The position numbers and the translations under genes were made by a program. The notes under the pieces were generated by a model. That model saw only the letters and a program-made list of their open reading frames with translations. It was not told the origin of the DNA and made no database searches. DNA of 64,000 nucleotides from Candidatus Nomurabacteria bacterium (lineage in GTDB: Bacteria; Patescibacteriota; Minisyncoccia; Phycocordibacterales; CALRBL01), in contig CAWIDS010000003.1 in assembly GCA_963834935.1 (NCBI GenBank), positions 121,373 through 185,372 of the forward strand, in the 5' to 3' direction. Shown one piece after another: positions 59,594 to 64,000 of this stretch. Numbering within the stretch: position 1 is the stretch's first letter; each line of letters begins with the position of its first letter.

Positions 59594-60457
59594 TCAAGCA
59601 ATTCGGTTAAAGAGCTTCAATCGAGCTTCGACTTGGGCCTGCATAGCCTCAAGCGGCCCTTTCATTATCTTGTAGGGCGCTACTTCGTCAGGGTTGGCTG
59701 TGAGATAAGTACGAAGCGTCGAAGCGAAGGCGAAGCGAAGCTCGGTGCTGATGTGGATGATGGCCATTCCCGCATCGGCCGCCTTCATGAAATCCTCGTC
59801 TGGAGTTCCCGATCCACCATGGAGAACCATCGGAATGCCGATCGCCTCAGAAATCGCCTTAATGCGCTCAATATGAAGATGTGGATCCTTGCCGACGCGC
59901 ATCATGCCGTGAACATTGCCCACAGCCGGCGCGAACATATCGACTCCAGTCGCTTTTACAAAATTTAACGCCTGCTCGGGAGTGGTAAGGTCAGCTTCGT
60001 TCTGAAGTGCTCCTTCGGGAATGGCATCGAGGATCTTCGAGGAGCTGCCTATGTAGCCGAGTTCTGCTTCTACAATAATGTCAGGATTAACACTTCGTGC
60101 GTAGTCGACGCACTGCTTGGTAATCTTGATGTTTTCTTCGATAGGCAACTTGGCGCCGTCGAAGATGACCGAATCAAAGCCGGCGTCGATCACTTCCTTC
60201 ACCCGCTCGAAAGAATAGGTATGGTCGGCATTCAGGAAAACCTTCACTCCGTCAGCTTTGGCCGTATTCACCAAAGCGATCACCTGCTTGATGCCGATGA
60301 AGTCACGCTCTCCTTCGGAAACACCGATAATGACCGGAACATCGAGCTTTTTTGATGCATTCACTACCGCCCAAAATCCTTCGATGTTTGAAATGTTAAA
60401 ATGACCTATTGCTACTTTCCTTTTCAGCGCGTCCTGGATGGTTTCTTTGTATGTCAT
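59594..60457 (-). CDS. fba: class II fructose-bisphosphate aldolase
   Basis: ..HFNISNIEG.., ..LNADHT.., ..MVLHGGSG.. Confidence 0.85.
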   Translation of the reverse strand: MTYKETIQDALKRKVAIGHFNISNIEGFWAVVNASKKLDVPVIIGVSEGERDFIGIKQVIALVNTAKADGVKVFLNADHTYSFERVKEVIDAGFDSVIFDGAKLPIEENIKITKQCVDYARSVNPDIIVEAELGYIGSSSKILDAIPEGALQNEADLTTPEQALNFVKATGVDMFAPAVGNVHGMMRVGKDPHLHIERIKAISEAIGIPMVLHGGSGTPDEDFMKAADAGMAIIHISTELRFAFASTLRTYLTANPDEVAPYKIMKGPLEAMQAQVEARLKLFNRIA

Positions 60458-60500
60458 GCAGGCTATTCTAACATATGATATAATTTTCAGACACAACTAT

Positions 60501-61505
60501 ATGAATATCCCAAAAGAAATCGAGTTCTTAGCCATCGGAGATACGGTAGTGGATGCCTTTATCAGGCTCATCACAGCGGAAGAGATAGTGAATGTAGACC
60601 ATAATACGAGGGAAATCTGCATGACCTTCGGGGACAAGATCCCTTATGAATTTGCTGAAATCATCTCGGGCGTAGGAAACAGCGCCAATGCGGCCGTCTC
60701 GATCGCCCGCCTCGGCCTTCCCTCTTTCCTACTGTCGAATATCGGCGATGATCAGTACGGAAAGGATTGCCTCGATAATTTCCACCACAACAATGTCGAC
60801 ACCAGCCTCATCAAGATCCACCAAGGCAAAAATACCAACTACCATTACGTGCTCTGGTATCACAACGAGCGCACCATCCTCATCAAGCACGAGGAATATA
60901 CCTATGAGCTTCCCGACCTTCCTGCGCCGAAATACATATACCTGAGCTCGCTCTCGCAGAATTCCCTCAACTTCCACATGATGCTTTCTTCGTATCTTGA
61001 ATCTCATCCCGAAAGCAAACTCGTATTCCAGCCGGGGACGTTCCAGATCAGCCTGGGAACCGAGGCTCTCAAATCGATTTACCGACACACTTATCTCTTC
61101 TTCTGTAATGTTGAGGAAGCGCGCCGCATACTGAAAGTAGAAGACAAGGATATCAAGAAGCTATTTGCCGGAATTACTGCCCTCGGCCCGAAGATAACGG
61201 TGATTACCGATGGTCCGAAAGGAGCTTACGCATACGACAGTCTTTTAGACCAGACATGGTTCATGCCGCCTTATCCTGATCCAAAAGAACCTTACGAAAG
61301 GACAGGAGCCGGGGATGCCTTCGCTTCCACATTCACCGGAGCATTGATGCTCGGCAAGACCATTCCCGAAGCCCTCGCATGGGGCGCCATCAACTCGATG
61401 TCGGTCGTCCAGTACGTCGGCGCCCAGAAAGGCCTCCTTTCACAGGACAAAATTGAAGAATATTTGAAAAACAAACCAGCAGCGTTTCAAGCACAGTTGA
61501 TCTAG
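60501..61505 (+). CDS. PfkB-family carbohydrate kinase
   Basis: ..VGNSANAA.. and the C-terminal GAGDAFASTFTGALMLG (PfkB signature 2). Start at MNIPKEIEF. Confidence 0.75.
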   Translation: MNIPKEIEFLAIGDTVVDAFIRLITAEEIVNVDHNTREICMTFGDKIPYEFAEIISGVGNSANAAVSIARLGLPSFLLSNIGDDQYGKDCLDNFHHNNVDTSLIKIHQGKNTNYHYVLWYHNERTILIKHEEYTYELPDLPAPKYIYLSSLSQNSLNFHMMLSSYLESHPESKLVFQPGTFQISLGTEALKSIYRHTYLFFCNVEEARRILKVEDKDIKKLFAGITALGPKITVITDGPKGAYAYDSLLDQTWFMPPYPDPKEPYERTGAGDAFASTFTGALMLGKTIPEALAWGAINSMSVVQYVGAQKGLLSQDKIEEYLKNKPAAFQAQLI

Positions 61506-61508
61506 AGG

Positions 61509-61739
61509 CTACTTTTCATCAACTGCACTAAAACGCGCCACTTTCTGCCCGTCTTTGTTCGTCACTTCCTCTGTCCATTCGAAATATGGTCGTGTCCAGA
61601 GGCGAGAGAGAGGATTCGGATAGAGGGATTCATAGACAACGATATCCTGAAGCGTTTCGCTATCCTTTGCCAAAGCGATTACTTTATACAAATTGTTGTT
61701 TTTGTAATGCTTGTAGACGCCGTCGATATTTATTTTCAT
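61509..61739 (-). CDS. DUF1653-family protein
   Basis: ..GVYKHYKNNNLYKV.. Confidence 0.6.
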   Translation of the reverse strand: MKINIDGVYKHYKNNNLYKVIALAKDSETLQDIVVYESLYPNPLSRLWTRPYFEWTEEVTNKDGQKVARFSAVDEK

Positions 61740-61764
61740 ACGATAATTGTATTACGTGCAGATT

Positions 61765-62742
61765 CTATTGCAATAGAGATATCACCGCTTTCTTGATCGA
61801 ATCCTCGCCCATTCCATAGTACTCGATGAGTTCCGCAGGCGTTCCCGACTGGCCAAAGCGATCATAGACGCCAATGAATGCGATTTTTGACGGGTGATGT
61901 GCGGCTAATGTTTCCGCGACTAGGCTTCCCAAGCCGCCTGCAATCTGATGTTCTTCGACGGTGACTATTTTCAATGTCTTTTTTGCGAGAGCGACAACTG
62001 CATCGACATCGAGCGGCTTGATGGTTGCAACATTGAGCACCTCGACTTCGATTCCCTCTTTAGAAAGATCCTCAGCCACCTTCAAAGCTTTGTGGAGTAG
62101 TGCTCCCGTAGCAATTATTCCCACTTGCGGCTTTCCTTCTTTCGCTTCACGATAGGTGTATACCTTACCTATCTCAAAAGGAGTTTCTTCAGTAGTGATG
62201 ATCGGAGTTTTCTCGCGAGCAAGGCGGATATAAGTAGGATGAGGGGTCTTTGCTGCGGCAATTGTCGCTTTCTTCGCCTGGATAGCATCGCACGGAGAAA
62301 TGACCACCATATTCGGAATGATGCGAGTGAGAGCGATATCCTCGATTGCTTGATGTGTTCCTCCGTCAGGACCGACAGACACACCTGCATGCGAACCCGC
62401 TATCTTCACCGGCACGTTGTTGTAACAAATAGTGGTGCGGATCTGTTCCCAGTTCCGCCCCGGACTGAACATGGCATACGAAGCCATGAAAGGGATCTTT
62501 CCCATATGCGCCATGCCAGCAGCGACGCTTGCCATATTCTGCTCGCTTATGCCCATCTCAAAAAAGCGGTCAGGAAAAGACTTCTTGAACAGGTCGATCT
62601 TGGCGGATTCGGTCAGGTCGGCGCAAAGAGCCATCACCTTCTCATCTTCCTGTCCTGCAATTACGAGACCTTCACCAAAACCCTGACGAATAGGCACCAG
62701 TTCTACGTCATCATTAAATCGATGTGGGTTTAAAGGGTACAT
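61765..62742 (-). CDS. transketolase, C-terminal (pyrimidine-binding) subunit of a split transketolase
   Basis: ..GISEQNMASVAAGMA.. and ..HAGVSVGPDGGTHQAIEDIAL..; start at MYPLNPHRF. Confidence 0.8.
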   Translation of the reverse strand: MYPLNPHRFNDDVELVPIRQGFGEGLVIAGQEDEKVMALCADLTESAKIDLFKKSFPDRFFEMGISEQNMASVAAGMAHMGKIPFMASYAMFSPGRNWEQIRTTICYNNVPVKIAGSHAGVSVGPDGGTHQAIEDIALTRIIPNMVVISPCDAIQAKKATIAAAKTPHPTYIRLAREKTPIITTEETPFEIGKVYTYREAKEGKPQVGIIATGALLHKALKVAEDLSKEGIEVEVLNVATIKPLDVDAVVALAKKTLKIVTVEEHQIAGGLGSLVAETLAAHHPSKIAFIGVYDRFGQSGTPAELIEYYGMGEDSIKKAVISLLQ

Positions 62743-62935
62743 TAGTATGAAAAAATTCCGCGGAGGCAAGGCGAGCGGGTGCGAACTCCAAAGTAAATAT
62801 CTATGTGAGTGCAGTCGCTCGCCATGTCTCCGCACAATCCAATCAATTGTAACATATGGCGCTTAAAGGAAAAGATTTTTTATATTAGACAATTTTAAAA
62901 ATAAAATGTAATGTTCCGATCAGAAAGGACAAAGT

Positions 62936-63307
62936 ATGCCAGTCGTAACCATTTTAGGAATTCGGGAAAACTCAAGCAAATTGACCCTCGGCCGGATTTT
63001 CCATGAGGTCAGGCGCGAGATAGCCAAAGTTAATGAACTAGGCATCACTGAAAGGCAAGTGTCGGTCTTTTTTCCGACTGACCTGGGCGAATCCGTAAGG
63101 AGGAACTTCAACTGCAATGATATCTGCGTCTTGATCCGTCTTTACGCCATGCCGGAACGGACCGACGAGGTAATCCACGAAATGGCCGAACACGTTCAAA
63201 GGCGGCTTAAAAAGGAATATTTCCCCGATTCTTTGGTCGAGGTTCTTCCAATCATGCTTAACCCGAAGCATTGCAGCTCGTCCGCTGACGAGAAAGGTAA
63301 AAACTAA
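62936..63307 (+). CDS. hypothetical protein (123 aa)
   Basis: No motif recognised. Confidence 0.4.
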   Translation: MPVVTILGIRENSSKLTLGRIFHEVRREIAKVNELGITERQVSVFFPTDLGESVRRNFNCNDICVLIRLYAMPERTDEVIHEMAEHVQRRLKKEYFPDSLVEVLPIMLNPKHCSSSADEKGKN

Positions 63308-63349
63308 ATCTGCTCCATTAGTACGACTTGCAACCGCAGGTCTTTTTTA

Positions 63350-64000
63350 TTACTCCTCCTTTGCAGCAGCGACTACTCCAGCCTTCTGGGCATGGGAATC
63401 CACTTCATAGCTGGTATTCTGCATCTCGAAGAAGTTGACAAGCTCGTGGACGTCGGTGGCGGTAGCCATCCATTTTGCAGGGTTGGTAACGTTGAAATGA
63501 GTTTCAAATCCAAGTTCTTCCAAGCGTCGGTCAGCCACATATTTTACATATTGGTTCACATAGTCGGCATTGAGGCCAAGGATTCCTCGAGGGAAAAGGT
63601 CATTATTGTAGTTTACTTCAAGCTCCACTCCCCTGATGATGATTTCTCGGATCTCATTGGCGAAGTCAGCGGTCACCACGGAAGCGTTCTCGGTAAGAAT
63701 CTCATTCACCAGGTTGATGCCGAATTTGAGATGCAGGCTCTCATCACGGAGCACCCAAGCAATCATCGAGCCGAAGTTGCGGAGCTGATTGCGCTGTCTG
63801 AACGAAAGAGCGACCATGAATCCAGAGTAGAACCACACTCCTTCCATGACGATATTGGTTGCCACGAGGTTGCGAATAAAATCGCGCTTGCCTTCGTCAG
63901 TCTCGATATCGAGAGAATCTTCGGTCATCCGGGTGACATAATTAGAAATGAAGTTCTCTTTTGCCGTCATCGATGGCACTTCGAGATGAAGATTGAAGAT
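63350..64000 (-). CDS. nrdB: class I ribonucleotide reductase beta (R2) subunit, C-terminal part (gene runs off the window end)
   Basis: ..IVMEGVWFYSGF.. and ..VLRDESLHLKFGINLVNE.. (di-iron ligand region); the frame stays open to position 64000. Confidence 0.75.
   Translation of the reverse strand: MFNLHLEVPSMTAKENFISNYVTRMTEDSLDIETDEGKRDFIRNLVATNIVMEGVWFYSGFMVALSFRQRNQLRNFGSMIAWVLRDESLHLKFGINLVNEILTENASVVTADFANEIREIIIRGVELEVNYNNDLFPRGILGLNADYVNQYVKYVADRRLEELGFETHFNVTNPAKWMATATDVHELVNFFEMQNTSYEVDSHAQKAGVVAAAKEE

Overview
This 64 kb window is a gene-dense stretch, mostly housekeeping genes, of a bacterial chromosome with about 46-50% GC. Reduced aminoacyl-tRNA synthetase architectures, small ribosomal and cell-division gene clusters and many small membrane proteins suggest a small-genome uncultivated lineage, possibly CPR/Patescibacteria-like; this is inference only.

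Identified genes:
- On the minus strand: dnaG (partial), rpoC and rpoB (both interrupted by many frameshifts as written), six tandem paralogous small two-TM proteins followed by a membrane-anchored ABC-type solute-binding protein, a SAM methyltransferase, gyrA, an MBL-fold hydrolase, pth, the pheS-pheT pair, tsf, rpsB, prfA (RF1), rpmE, rplY, fba, tktB and nrdB (partial).
- On the plus strand: an SPFH-domain gene, rpsA, lepB, a divergent HisRS-like gene, rpsU, ybeY, ftsA, ftsZ, trxB, tsaD, valS, a PrsW-family protease, hsp20, an Ogt-like alkyltransferase and a pfkB-family kinase.
- RNA genes: tRNA-Cys(GCA), tRNA-Glu(UUC), tRNA-Ser(CGA), tRNA-Val(GAC) with an adjacent 5'-half pseudo-copy, tRNA-Phe(GAA), tRNA-Arg(CCU), tRNA-Ser(GGA), tRNA-Thr(UGU), and an RNase P RNA recognised by conserved P4 and P15-P18 sequence.

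Observations worth a second look:
- A six-gene array of VirB2/TrbC-like two-TM paralogs, co-oriented with an anchored solute-binding protein.
- A roughly 300 nt element clearly derived from the 16S rRNA 5' domain, with its own promoter-like -10 and a terminator, immediately upstream of rpsA.
- Clustered frameshifts in rpoB/rpoC (one at an A8 homopolymer) and one in the SPFH gene.
- Two GC-rich candidate horizontally acquired segments, one carrying an in-frame TGA that joins two ORFs.
- A perfect 39-bp inverted repeat between ftsZ and trxB.
- A roughly 400 nt GC-rich untranslated region upstream of valS that ends in a terminator.
- Three tandem GH130 domains spread over two genes.

No CRISPR array, transposase or integrase was seen. 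All coordinates of non-CDS elements are approximate (a few nt).
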